DNA from: a virus
Virus record (IMG/VR): IMGVR_UViG_3300036780_000414
Span: 18,796 to 82,795 of that record
Reading direction: 5' to 3' (one strand)
Length of the DNA stretch: 64,000 bases
The notes beneath the pieces are model-generated. The model saw only the letters and a program-made list of their open reading frames with translations. It was not told the origin of the DNA and made no database searches. This document shows positions 41,718 to 50,572 of this stretch, piece by piece. How positions within the stretch are numbered: position 1 is the first letter of the stretch; every line of letters begins with the position of its first letter. A program made the position numbers and the translations under genes.

Positions 41718-41999
41718 ATGACGACTCTGCGCGTGCACCCGGACTACGCGGACCCTGACTACAGCCTGGAGCTTGACCGGAACCCGGGGCTTCCCCGGCA
41801 GCTGGTCTCAGACCGGGCGCTGACCCTCACCGAGTACCGGCTGGCCTACTACGTCTTCTCGCACCAGGCGACCCCGCCGCTGCCGACAGCCGCGCAGATC
41901 GCCGCGCGCTGGTGGGTGAGCGTCACCGAGGCCGAGGCGCAGGCGGCACTCGACAAGCTGGCAGCGCGCGGCTACCTGGTCGCAGGTGAGCAGCGGTGA
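41718..41999 (+). CDS. Winged-helix protein
   Basis: DRALTLTEYRL...TAAQIA...ALDKLAARGYL. Confidence 0.6.
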   Translation: MTTLRVHPDYADPDYSLELDRNPGLPRQLVSDRALTLTEYRLAYYVFSHQATPPLPTAAQIAARWWVSVTEAEAQAALDKLAARGYLVAGEQR

Positions 42000-42886
42000 G
42001 CGGCGACGGGGCCACCTACACGCGCAAGCGGTACCACCACGGCGGCGGTTTCGTGCACGCCACCAATGACTTCGCCCGCAACGTCCCCAGCACCGACGCC
42101 GTTGCCATCTGGCTACGGCTGTACTCCCACCAGGACGGCTGGGAGTTCACCGTCAAGAGCATCGCTGCCGAGTGGAACATCAGCTTCAAGCGCGCCGAGA
42201 CGGCGATCAGGCTGCTGCGCGACCTGGGCTACTGCCACTTCTGCCGCGTCAGCCTGGGGCGCGGCAAGTTCGAGAGCTGGTACGACCTGACCGACGTGCC
42301 GGTCATGGCCTGCGGCGAGCAGCAGTGCGTGGACTGCGCGGCCCGGAGTTCATCGGTATCGGGTAGTCAAAAACAACCACCCGATACGACCTGCGACGAT
42401 ACCCCTGTTTCCGCAGGTCGTATCGGGTGGTCGGATTACGGGGTCCGTAAAACAACCACCCAAGTAGAAGAACATCTACTAGAAGACCAAGAAGACAAAG
42501 ACCTTAAAACCTTTGCGCAAGCAGGCTCGCGCGAGCCTGAGTCTGATGCCCTGTTCCTGGTGCCTGAGCAGCCCAAGCCAGCAGCTGGCCGAGCCCGCAA
42601 GCCCGGTGACCTGACTGCGTTCGATGAGTTCTGGCGGGCGTACCCGCGCAAGAAAGGCGGGAAGGCGGGCGCCCAGAGGAAGTTCCTCGCCGCGCTGAGG
42701 CAGGCCAGCGCCGAGACGATCATCGCGGCGGCGGCGGCGTTCGCTGACCGGTGCGAGCGGGCGAGGACCGAGGAGCAGTTCATCCCGTACCCGTCAACCT
42801 GGCTGCACCAGGGGCGGTGGACGGACGAGCACGCGGAGGAGGAACCGGAGGCAGCCGCCGCCGCATTTACGTCGTTCGATATCTGA
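41996..42886 (+). CDS. Phage replication initiator (lambda O-like organisation)
   Basis: N-terminal wHTH; C-terminal FDEFWRAYPRK...FIPYPSTWLHQGRW; directly upstream of the helicase. Confidence 0.8.
   Translation: MSGDGATYTRKRYHHGGGFVHATNDFARNVPSTDAVAIWLRLYSHQDGWEFTVKSIAAEWNISFKRAETAIRLLRDLGYCHFCRVSLGRGKFESWYDLTDVPVMACGEQQCVDCAARSSSVSGSQKQPPDTTCDDTPVSAGRIGWSDYGVRKTTTQVEEHLLEDQEDKDLKTFAQAGSREPESDALFLVPEQPKPAAGRARKPGDLTAFDEFWRAYPRKKGGKAGAQRKFLAALRQASAETIIAAAAAFADRCERARTEEQFIPYPSTWLHQGRWTDEHAEEEPEAAAAAFTSFDI
42370..42515. other. Putative replication origin inside the initiator gene
   Basis: Perfect 20-bp inverted repeat 42376-42395/42412-42431; 13-bp direct repeat AAAACAACCACCC at 42370 and 42449; adjacent A-rich tract. 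Confidence 0.65.
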
Positions 42887-42902
42887 GAGAGGGAGAAAGA
42901 CG

Positions 42903-44234
42903 ATGCAGGACGATTACGAGCTACCCAGCGACATCGACGCGGAACGGTACCTGCTGGCATCGATGATGCAGAGCAGGGAAGCGATAGCCGCAGCAGCGGA
43001 GTACCTGGACCCCGGTGACTTCTACCGGGCGGCGCACCAGGTGATGTTCCGGGCGATGGTGTTCATGTTCGCGGCCGACGAGCGAACCGACCCGGTGACG
43101 CTGCGCGCGTGGATCACTGGCGACGGCGACATGAAGGTGTTCGGCCAGCAGGGCGCGGTCTACATCGCGGAGCTGTACGGGCTCCCGGCCAACCCCATCT
43201 CGGCGGTGCACTACGCGCGGCTGGTGCGCGCCGCAGCGCTGCGCCGCCGTGGCATCGAGCAGGCGCTGAAGTTCCGGCAGGCGCTGATGATCGAGTCCAA
43301 CGACCCGGATGAGATCCTGTCCCGCTATGACGCGCAGCTGGAGGCCGCCCGGCAGATCGCCGCGCCGCAGCAGCTCGCCGTGCTCGACTACGCCGCCGTC
43401 ACCGAGCGCGTCCACAAGGAGCACGCCCCCGTCGTGCCCGGCCTGATCGGCGAGCAGGACCGCGTAGTCGTCGTGGCTGAGGAAGGCGTCGGCAAGACAA
43501 CCCTCGCGCACCAGGTCGCGTTCTGCGCCGCCGCCGGCATTCACCCGTTCCAGTGGGGCACCCGGACCATCCCGAAGCGCGTGCTGATAGCCGACTTCGA
43601 GAATCCCGCGCTGGAGCTCGGCTCGCGGTTCTCGAAGCTGGGCGAGGCGGCGGCCCGCTACCCCGGCTGGGATGAGGGGAATGTCCGGTTCTACCTGCGG
43701 ATGGGCGGCATCAACCTGCTGCGCGCGCAGGACGCGTTCGAGTTCATGGACGCCATCCGCCGGTTCGAGCCGCACCTGGTGGTCGCCGGGCCGATCTACA
43801 AGATGATCACCGGGATCAAGCAGAGCGACGACGGGCTCCGCGCCCATGCGGCCGTCGCCGCGTTCTTCGACAAGGTGCGGGAACGGTACGGGTCGGCCGT
43901 CTGGCTGGAAGCGCACGCACCGTACGGGTCAGGCGGCCACCAGCGGGAGCTGCGGCCGGAAGGCTGGAACGGGTGGGCGAAGTGGCCTGAGTTCGGCCTG
44001 GCGCTCCACAAGGCGACGAAGGCGCACGGCGGCGACCAGGGCGCGGTGGAAGTCAGGCGGTTCCGCGGGGACCGGATCGCGTCCCGCCCGTGGCCGTCGT
44101 GGATGACCCGCAACCTGATGTTCCCGAGCAGCGGGTTCCCGTGGACCGGCTGCTGGGCGAAAGGCGTACTCGATACCCCGCTGGACCTGCGTGCCGAGGA
44201 CAACGGGTACGAGGACAAGCGCTATGGCGACTGA
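42903..44234 (+). CDS. DnaB-like replicative helicase (DnaB N-terminal domain plus RecA-like ATPase)
   Basis: P.D.DAE..LL, DFYRAAHQ, DPVTL; Walker A AEEGVGKT. Confidence 0.85.
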   Translation: MQDDYELPSDIDAERYLLASMMQSREAIAAAAEYLDPGDFYRAAHQVMFRAMVFMFAADERTDPVTLRAWITGDGDMKVFGQQGAVYIAELYGLPANPISAVHYARLVRAAALRRRGIEQALKFRQALMIESNDPDEILSRYDAQLEAARQIAAPQQLAVLDYAAVTERVHKEHAPVVPGLIGEQDRVVVVAEEGVGKTTLAHQVAFCAAAGIHPFQWGTRTIPKRVLIADFENPALELGSRFSKLGEAAARYPGWDEGNVRFYLRMGGINLLRAQDAFEFMDAIRRFEPHLVVAGPIYKMITGIKQSDDGLRAHAAVAAFFDKVRERYGSAVWLEAHAPYGSGGHQRELRPEGWNGWAKWPEFGLALHKATKAHGGDQGAVEVRRFRGDRIASRPWPSWMTRNLMFPSSGFPWTGCWAKGVLDTPLDLRAEDNGYEDKRYGD

Positions 44235-44832
44235 CCTGTTGCGGGTGCTGGGCTTCGACCAGTCGCTCACGTCGTTCGGCGTCGCCGCGATCTACGGCGC
44301 GGAAGCGGAGGCGTGGCGGCTGCGGTACCCGCCCAGGAAGCCAGCGTACGACGTGCGCGCCTACCAGCATGAGCGCCTGGCGTACCTGGAAGACGGCGTG
44401 CGCAGCGCGGCCAGCGGCGCTCACGTCGCCGCGCTGGAGGACGTGACGTACGCGGCTAAGGGTGACGCGCTGACCGACCTGGCGGGCCTGTTCTGGATGG
44501 TGCGCCACGTCCTGTGGGAGATGCACGTCCCGTACGCCGTGGTCAACAGCAGCCACCGCCGCAAGTGGATCACCGGCCGTGGCGACGCGCCCAAGGACGA
44601 GGTGCTGGCGGCGGTGATCAAGCGGTTCCCTCGCGTCAACGTGTGCGGCAACGACGAGGCTGACGCGCTGGTGCTGGCCGCCATGACCGCCGACCGCTAC
44701 GGCTGCCCGATCGTGCAGATGCCCGCCGACCGGGCGGCCATCCTGAACGGCGTGCACACGACCAAGCCGAAGCGCGGCCAGCCGCTGATCGACTGGCCAC
44801 AGCTGCGGGAGACGGTAAGACGGACACCATGA
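44224..44832 (+). CDS. RuvC-like Holliday junction resolvase
   Basis: VLGFDQSLTSFG, ALED, KWITGRG.A.K, NDEADA. Confidence 0.85.
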   Translation: MATDLLRVLGFDQSLTSFGVAAIYGAEAEAWRLRYPPRKPAYDVRAYQHERLAYLEDGVRSAASGAHVAALEDVTYAAKGDALTDLAGLFWMVRHVLWEMHVPYAVVNSSHRRKWITGRGDAPKDEVLAAVIKRFPRVNVCGNDEADALVLAAMTADRYGCPIVQMPADRAAILNGVHTTKPKRGQPLIDWPQLRETVRRTP

Positions 44833-45443
44833 GTAGTCTGTTTCCCGAGCCCGTCGCGGAGCCTGGCGCCGGCCAGGCGCCCAGCAGGTTCAGTAACAGG
44901 CTGCGGTACCGCCGGGAAGATCACCCGAACCAGTGCCAGATCACCCCGGAGTACGTACTGATCCCCGTCCGGGCGGCGCTCGGCGGGATCATCGGCCTCG
45001 ACCCGTGCACCACGCCAGACAACCCCGTGGGGGCTGAGCGGTTCTTCTGCCCGCCCGCTGACGGTGCCGCTCTCCCCTGGGACTCGGGCAGCATCTTCGT
45101 TAATCCGCCGTACGGCAAGGCCCGCGAGCGGTGGGTTAGGAAGTGCCTTACGGCGGGGTTCGCCGGCAGCACGGTCATCTTGCTGATCCCCGCCGCGACG
45201 GACACGGGTGTATTCCAGCAGGCACTAGGCAGCGCGCAATCGGTCGTGTTCATTCAGGGCCGTGTCAAGTTCGGCGTGACGCGGCCGAACCAACGGCAGG
45301 CAGCTGCGAGCCACCCGTCTGCGCTGATCGGATGGAATACGGACCTGGCGGCGTGCGCATACCTGGGCACGGCCGCTACGCCTGTCGTCACCCGGCCCGT
45401 GCTGGAGGCGGCCAGGCCGCAGATCGAGAGGGAGCCGGCATGA
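44829..45443 (+). CDS. DNA N6-adenine methyltransferase (phage Dam-like)
   Basis: TPE, LDPC, DG...W, FVNPPYG, LLIPA.TDT, GRVKF. Confidence 0.85.
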   Translation: MSSLFPEPVAEPGAGQAPSRFSNRLRYRREDHPNQCQITPEYVLIPVRAALGGIIGLDPCTTPDNPVGAERFFCPPADGAALPWDSGSIFVNPPYGKARERWVRKCLTAGFAGSTVILLIPAATDTGVFQQALGSAQSVVFIQGRVKFGVTRPNQRQAAASHPSALIGWNTDLAACAYLGTAATPVVTRPVLEAARPQIEREPA

Positions 45444-45695
45444 CGGTTGTCATGAGCGAGCATCGCCGACGACACGGGCGGCCAGCCATTGGGAGGAGTG
45501 CAGCATGACCGCTAAGCGCCGCTGCTGGTGGTGCGGCCAGGAGGCCGAGGTGGACACGAGCCTGCCGGAATCGGCCGGGCTGGTCCGCGACGACAGCACG
45601 ACGGACGGGTCTGAAAGCTGGATCTGCGCCGACAACCAGGCGTGCAACGAGCGCGCCAAAGCATCACGTTTCAAGACCGAGAGGGGAACTACCTG

Positions 45696-46040
45696 ATGCC
45701 CGGACCCCTGAAGCTGCGCGCGCAGCTTCCCGATGACCGCCACAACGGGCTGGTCGACCCGGCTAAGGTGACGGACTTCCTGTCGCAGCCGCGTAACGCC
45801 GTGCTGGTGGTCGGCGTGCTGTACTGCCCGACGACGGAGGTGAACAACGAGACCGGCGCCAGCGTCCCGGTGGTGCGGTTCAAGCACATTGAGGTGGTGT
45901 CGCCCGGCCATGACGCCTACGGGCTGGTCGCGGAAATCCTCCATCAGGAGCACCAGGGGCGCACTGGTGAGATGATGCTCCCGTTCCCGCCTGGGGAGGA
46001 CATCCGCATTTCCGGGGAAACCGACAGCAACGAGGAGTAA
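45696..46040 (+). CDS. Hypothetical phage protein
   Basis: GAGAGGGG RBS; ATG overlaps the upstream stop. Confidence 0.55.
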   Translation: MPGPLKLRAQLPDDRHNGLVDPAKVTDFLSQPRNAVLVVGVLYCPTTEVNNETGASVPVVRFKHIEVVSPGHDAYGLVAEILHQEHQGRTGEMMLPFPPGEDIRISGETDSNEE

Positions 46041-46047
46041 ACACCGC

Positions 46048-46962
46048 ATGACCGAAACGCAGCAGTTGCCGTCCGGCCTGTCGTGGTCCGTCACCCGCCG
46101 CCGCATCCCGTGGCACGCGGCGGAAGGCCCGCGTGCGCTGCCGCTGGGCCGGCACGTGAACCACGACAGCCGCAACCTGTGGTACCCGTACCGGCGGACA
46201 GCGCCGACGCTGGTCCGTGTCGTGCACGCCCGGAACATCCCGATCCTCGACCAGGGCGACGTGGGCAGCTGCACGGGCAACGGTGAAGTCGGCGTGCTCG
46301 GCTGCGACCCGAACTACGCGGCGCTGCCCGCAGGGCACCCGGCGCTGAACGAGGCTGAGGCGCTGAAGATCTACAGCGGCGCGGAGGTCATCGACGGCGA
46401 CGGGCCGTACCCGCCGAACGACGACGGCAGCAGCGGCCCGAGCGCGGCGAAGGCGGCGATGCAGCTGGGCCTGATCTCCGGGTACACGCACTGCCTGTCA
46501 CTCGAAGACGTGCTCGACGCCTTGCAGACGCAGGCGGTCAGCATCGGGATCAACTGGTACACGTCGTTCGACAACCCGCCGTCGTCCGGGCTGCTGACGA
46601 TCAGCAAGGGCGCGACGGTGCGCGGCGGTCACGAGCCGATGCTGCGCGGCATCGACGTGGACGCGCAGACGGTCCTCGGGGACAACTCCTGGGGCGAGTC
46701 CTGGGGTGTTCAGGGTAGCTTCAGCATGGGCTGGGCGACGCTGGAGCGGCTGCTGGGCGAGCAGGGCGACGGCACGGTGTCGGTGCCGCTCGGCTCCCCC
46801 GCCCCGGTCCCGGTGCCGCCGTCGCCCGTCCCGGTCGCGGACGCGGCAGATACCACGCTGTGGGCGGCCACCGAGGGCTGGTCAGCTGAGACGCACGTCG
46901 AGGGCAACCGCAAGGCCGCGCAGGCCGTGCGGACCTGGGCGGCGGCCAAGGGACTTTCCTAG
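46048..46962 (+). CDS. C1 papain-family cysteine peptidase
   Basis: DQGDVGSCTG (Gln/Cys), GGHE (His), NSWGESWG (Asn). Confidence 0.85.
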   Translation: MTETQQLPSGLSWSVTRRRIPWHAAEGPRALPLGRHVNHDSRNLWYPYRRTAPTLVRVVHARNIPILDQGDVGSCTGNGEVGVLGCDPNYAALPAGHPALNEAEALKIYSGAEVIDGDGPYPPNDDGSSGPSAAKAAMQLGLISGYTHCLSLEDVLDALQTQAVSIGINWYTSFDNPPSSGLLTISKGATVRGGHEPMLRGIDVDAQTVLGDNSWGESWGVQGSFSMGWATLERLLGEQGDGTVSVPLGSPAPVPVPPSPVPVADAADTTLWAATEGWSAETHVEGNRKAAQAVRTWAAAKGLS

Positions 46963-46983
46963 CGACGCGATCACCCCATTACC

Positions 46984-47002
46984 CACATGTGTGTGGTACT
47001 CT
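46984..47002 (+). promoter_or_regulatory. Repeated phage promoter/operator copy, rightward
   Basis: CCCCAT-TACC-CACATGTG-TGTGG-TACTCT upstream of a GAGAGAGGG RBS. Confidence 0.75.
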
Positions 47003-47057
47003 GTGGGTAGTGGGGCGGTGAGCCCCGCCGACACCCCAGAGAGAGGGCGAAGCACCC

Positions 47058-48368
47058 ATGACGACCCCAGTGACCGACCTCAACGCGGCGTTCGCCGCTG
47101 AGCGCACCGAGCAGATCGGCAAGATCCTGGCGTTCAACGAGGGCATCCCCGGCCGCGCCGAGGCCGCCCGCGAGGCAGCCGAGGGCTACCGGGCCGACTT
47201 CGCGCAACGCGTCGGTGACGGCAAGGTCCGCGACAACGGCGACGGCACGTTCACGGTGACCGACCCCGGCAGCTACGACGACGGCGAGACGCTGCGGATG
47301 CGGCAGCCGCGCGGTTTCGAGCAGGAGCAGCCGATGCCGATGCCGGTCAGCAACCTGGACGAGAGCCGGGGAACCGCCGCCCTCTACACCAGGGTCCCCG
47401 AGTGGCACACCCTCGGCACGGTGATCCGCGCCGGCGTCAGCGACCTGGATGAGGTGCTGCGGCTCGCGCAGATCGACTTCGAGGTCATCAAGCGCTCAGT
47501 CCGCTACTCCGTCGACGACGACGAGATCGCCGCTGAGCTGGCCCGCCCGCTGACGAAGGTGTTCGACGGCCAGTTCGTCACGCTGCGCGCCGACACGATG
47601 GCACCGCTCGGCACGGTCGGCAGCATCTACACCCCCATCCAGAACGGCGACGCGGGCAGGTTCCTCCAGGAAGTCATCGCGACCAACAAGATGGTCTTCG
47701 AGAGCGCCGGCGCGACGTACGGCGGCAAGCACGTGTTCATCGGGATGCGGCTGCCGGAAGACGTGGTGCTCGACCTCGGTGACGGCGTGACCGACGTGAT
47801 CAAGCCGTACCTGTACTGGCTGAACGGCCACGACGGGCGGACCAGCGCGACGGTCGCCGTCACCCCGTGGCGGGCCGCGTGCGGGAATACCGAGCGGTTC
47901 GCGCTGCGTGACGCGGTGGCCCGGTGGCGCACCCGGCACACCACGAACGTGATGGGCGAGGAGCAGGTCAAGGAAGCCCGCCGGACGCTGAACCTGACGG
48001 TCAAGTATTACGAGTCGTTCAAGCGCGAAGGCGAGCTGCTGGCCCGAACCGAGGTCACGAACGCGGACTTCGATGAGCTGATCAAGTCGGTGTACGAGCT
48101 GAAGGACGACGACACCGACCGCAAGAAGGAGTCGTGGAACGCGCGGGCCGGGGTGCTGCAAGAGATGTACCGGGGCGAGTCGGAGAAGCTGGGCCGCACC
48201 GGGTACGCGGCCGAGCGCGCATTCACCGACTACTTCGACCACGTGGCCCCCCGCAAGGGCACCGCTGACGGGATGGCCGCAGCCCGCGCCACCGCCCTGA
48301 TCGAGGGCAGCGACGACCAGGCCAAGACCACCGTTCACAAGAAGCTGCTGACGCTGACGACCCGCTAG
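47058..48368 (+). CDS. DUF932-family phage/plasmid protein
   Basis: WH.LG, LGTVG..Y.PIQN, ESAG...GG.HVF, NGHDG, TP.R..C.NT, RHT motifs. Confidence 0.8.
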   Translation: MTTPVTDLNAAFAAERTEQIGKILAFNEGIPGRAEAAREAAEGYRADFAQRVGDGKVRDNGDGTFTVTDPGSYDDGETLRMRQPRGFEQEQPMPMPVSNLDESRGTAALYTRVPEWHTLGTVIRAGVSDLDEVLRLAQIDFEVIKRSVRYSVDDDEIAAELARPLTKVFDGQFVTLRADTMAPLGTVGSIYTPIQNGDAGRFLQEVIATNKMVFESAGATYGGKHVFIGMRLPEDVVLDLGDGVTDVIKPYLYWLNGHDGRTSATVAVTPWRAACGNTERFALRDAVARWRTRHTTNVMGEEQVKEARRTLNLTVKYYESFKREGELLARTEVTNADFDELIKSVYELKDDDTDRKKESWNARAGVLQEMYRGESEKLGRTGYAAERAFTDYFDHVAPRKGTADGMAAARATALIEGSDDQAKTTVHKKLLTLTTR

Positions 48369-48380
48369 CAGCCCAGGACG

Positions 48381-48457
48381 TGCCCGCCCCCGCTGCGCAC
48401 CAGCGGGGGCGGGCACCAGCTCAGCGGGGCGGCTGCGTACCGGTTAGCCGCCCCGCT
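48381..48457 (+). terminator. Two GC-rich hairpins downstream of DUF932
   Basis: TGCCCGCCCCCGCTG/CAGCGGGGGCGGGCA and CAGCGGGGCGGCT/AGCCGCCCCGCTG. Confidence 0.55.
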
Positions 48458-48502
48458 GCTGTATGTACTGGGTAGAGATCCTGTTGGAGGAGGAGAGGGC
48501 CG

Positions 48503-48835
48503 ATGAGGGAAGTCAGGGCAGGTGAGCCGTTGTTCACCGAGGGTGACGAGCCGGAACGCCTGCTGTTCACTGAGGAGTTCGCGACGCTGCTGGGCGTGAC
48601 CCCGGCGACGCTGCGCGGTTACCATGCGGACGCGCGACGGGCGAGGCGGCTGCGGAAGCCGGCGCACTTCCCGCCGCCGGACGAGGTGGTGCGCCGTACC
48701 AGCATCAAGGCGAACCGGCAGCCGGTCGTGGCGCAGACACCGGTATGGCGGGAGAGCAAGGCGAAGCACTACGCGGACAACCGGCTGGGTCCGGGTGGCC
48801 GCCCCCGCGCGCAGCTCGGCCAGGAAGCCGGCTGA
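48503..48835 (+). CDS. AlpA/MerR-like HTH DNA-binding protein
   Basis: EEFATLLGVTPATLRGY...FPPPD...PVW...R.GPG. Confidence 0.65.
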   Translation: MREVRAGEPLFTEGDEPERLLFTEEFATLLGVTPATLRGYHADARRARRLRKPAHFPPPDEVVRRTSIKANRQPVVAQTPVWRESKAKHYADNRLGPGGRPRAQLGQEAG

Positions 48836-49114
48836 TGGCCAAGGCCGGGAAACGCGCCCGGCACGTGCCGCCCGCCAGCGAGGTCAGGCTAGGTGTGCGC
48901 GCGTACCTGACCGACTGCCTGGCCTACCGGCTGGTACCGAACGCTGAGACAGCGAAGCGGGTGGTCTGGTGCGGCGGCGGCGACCAGGAAGAGAACCGGG
49001 CCGGCTACGCGCTAGTCCAGCGGCTGTACGAGCAGGAGCTGCCAGCGGTGCGGGCGGCCTGGCAGGAACTGCGCGCACTGGACGACAGGAAACGGCGGAA
49101 AGAGGGGGCACACG

Positions 49115-49369
49115 ATGGCACTGGACTGGCAGCCGGCGGCGGGGGCCGGGGTGGAAGTAGCGTTCACGGACCCGCCGGTAAGCGTGCTCGTGTGGCGCAC
49201 CGCGAAGCCTAACGTGATCCTCACGTTCACCCCCGATGAGTGGACCGCGTTTACCGGCGGGGTGCTGAACGGCGAGTTCGACCACTTCGGCGCACAGGAC
49301 GGCGGGCCTGACAGCCCGCAGTTAGAACGGCGGCAAGCTGGCCCCGGTCAGCTTGCCGTTTCCCACTGA
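49115..49369 (+). CDS. DUF397-like protein
   Basis: VEVAF...LTFTPDEWTAF..GV.NGEFD. Confidence 0.65.
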   Translation: MALDWQPAAGAGVEVAFTDPPVSVLVWRTAKPNVILTFTPDEWTAFTGGVLNGEFDHFGAQDGGPDSPQLERRQAGPGQLAVSH

Positions 49370-49939
49370 GAGAGGGAAAACACCGATGACACCGTACGAG
49401 CGGTTGCAGCTGATCCAGCTGACCGAACTCCCGGCGGCGGAACGGCGGGTACGCGAGACCTGCGAGGCGTACACGTGGGCGAAGGCGTTCAAGGACGGCC
49501 TGCGTGACGAGCTGCGCGAGCTGTCCCAGATCCTGCACGACGACGAGACGGGGGCACCCAGTGCCGCTTAACCATAAGGGCATGCAGGCCATCAGGGCGC
49601 GTCACCAGCAGCACACCTGCGCGAGCCACTGCGAACCGGGGATCTGCGTGCACTGCCAGGACAAGTGGCCGTGCGACGCGGTGAAGCTCCTCGACGTGGC
49701 TGCTGCGGCGGCGTACTTCGCTGAGACGTGGGCTGAGCTGATAACGCTGATGCCCGACGAGTACGACTGCACGATGCAGTGCGGCGAGGCTGAGGCGGCA
49801 GCTGGCCTGTACCGGGCACTTGGCGACGGTAAAACAGCCGAAGAGGTCCTTGACGCGCACGCGGCGCACGACACTGAGGAGGACAGCCACTACGAGCGGG
49901 GCGCAGCCGTCATCCGGGCCGCCCGTGAGGAGCAGCAGC

Positions 49940-50572
49940 GTGACCGAGCAGCAGGACGAGGCAGTCCCGTTCCGGGTAGCTGACCAGGAGTACGACCCGG
50001 CGATACCCGTCGACTCAGTCAGCGAGCACCCTAAGAACTACGTGATGGGGGACATCGGGGCCATCAGCGAGTCGATCGACGCGCACGGGTTCTTCGGCGC
50101 GGTCATCGTGCAGCGCAGCAGCCGCCGCATCGTCGCCGGCAACCACCGTCACCGCACCGCGAAAATGAAGGGCGCGAGCACGGTCCCCGGCTTCTGGCTG
50201 GACTGCGACGACGACGAGGCTGAGCGGATCCTGGCGGTAGACAACCGCACCGCCCGCCTGGCAACATTCGACGACGCCGCACTGCTGGACCTGCTGGTCG
50301 GCATCGCGACCAGCAGCGGCGACCTGAAAGGTACCGGGTACGACGGTGACGACCTGGACGACCTGCGGCAGATGCTGACCCCGCCGGACCTGGAAAAGCT
50401 CGGCGGCGGCGGCGGCCCGAAAGACAATGACCTGTGGCCGGTGCTGCGGTTCAAGGTCCCCCCGGCGGTACGCGACCGCTTCTACCAGGCCACCGACCCG
50501 GCCGAGGACCAGACCGACGAGGGCCGGTTCTTCTGGATGCTGCACCAGGTAGACCACCTTGACCCCCGCTGA
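49940..50572 (+). CDS. ParB/Srx N-terminal domain protein
   Basis: HPKN..GDIGAISESI..HGF, IVAGNHR, LAVDNRT; GTG 49940 with GAGGAG RBS. Confidence 0.85.
   Translation: MTEQQDEAVPFRVADQEYDPAIPVDSVSEHPKNYVMGDIGAISESIDAHGFFGAVIVQRSSRRIVAGNHRHRTAKMKGASTVPGFWLDCDDDEAERILAVDNRTARLATFDDAALLDLLVGIATSSGDLKGTGYDGDDLDDLRQMLTPPDLEKLGGGGGPKDNDLWPVLRFKVPPAVRDRFYQATDPAEDQTDEGRFFWMLHQVDHLDPR

Noticed and set aside
12490-47002. CACATGTG-containing repeats as a CRISPR array or mobile-element ends
   Set aside because: Copies are kilobases apart, lie upstream of genes and are oriented with them; there is no repeat-spacer periodicity, cas gene or transposase
49115-49369. DUF397-XRE toxin-antitoxin pair
   Set aside because: No adjacent XRE/DUF5753 gene, and the usual WRKSS N-terminal motif is absent
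4430-49380. Frequent GAGAGAGG before start codons as a novel regulatory repeat
   Set aside because: Explained as a Shine-Dalgarno variant pairing (with one G-U) to the actinobacterial 16S 3' end
49940-50572. ParB as evidence of a plasmid-prophage partition system
   Set aside because: No ParA or parS array nearby and no HTH; it heads the modification operon, a known context for ParB/Srx-domain proteins
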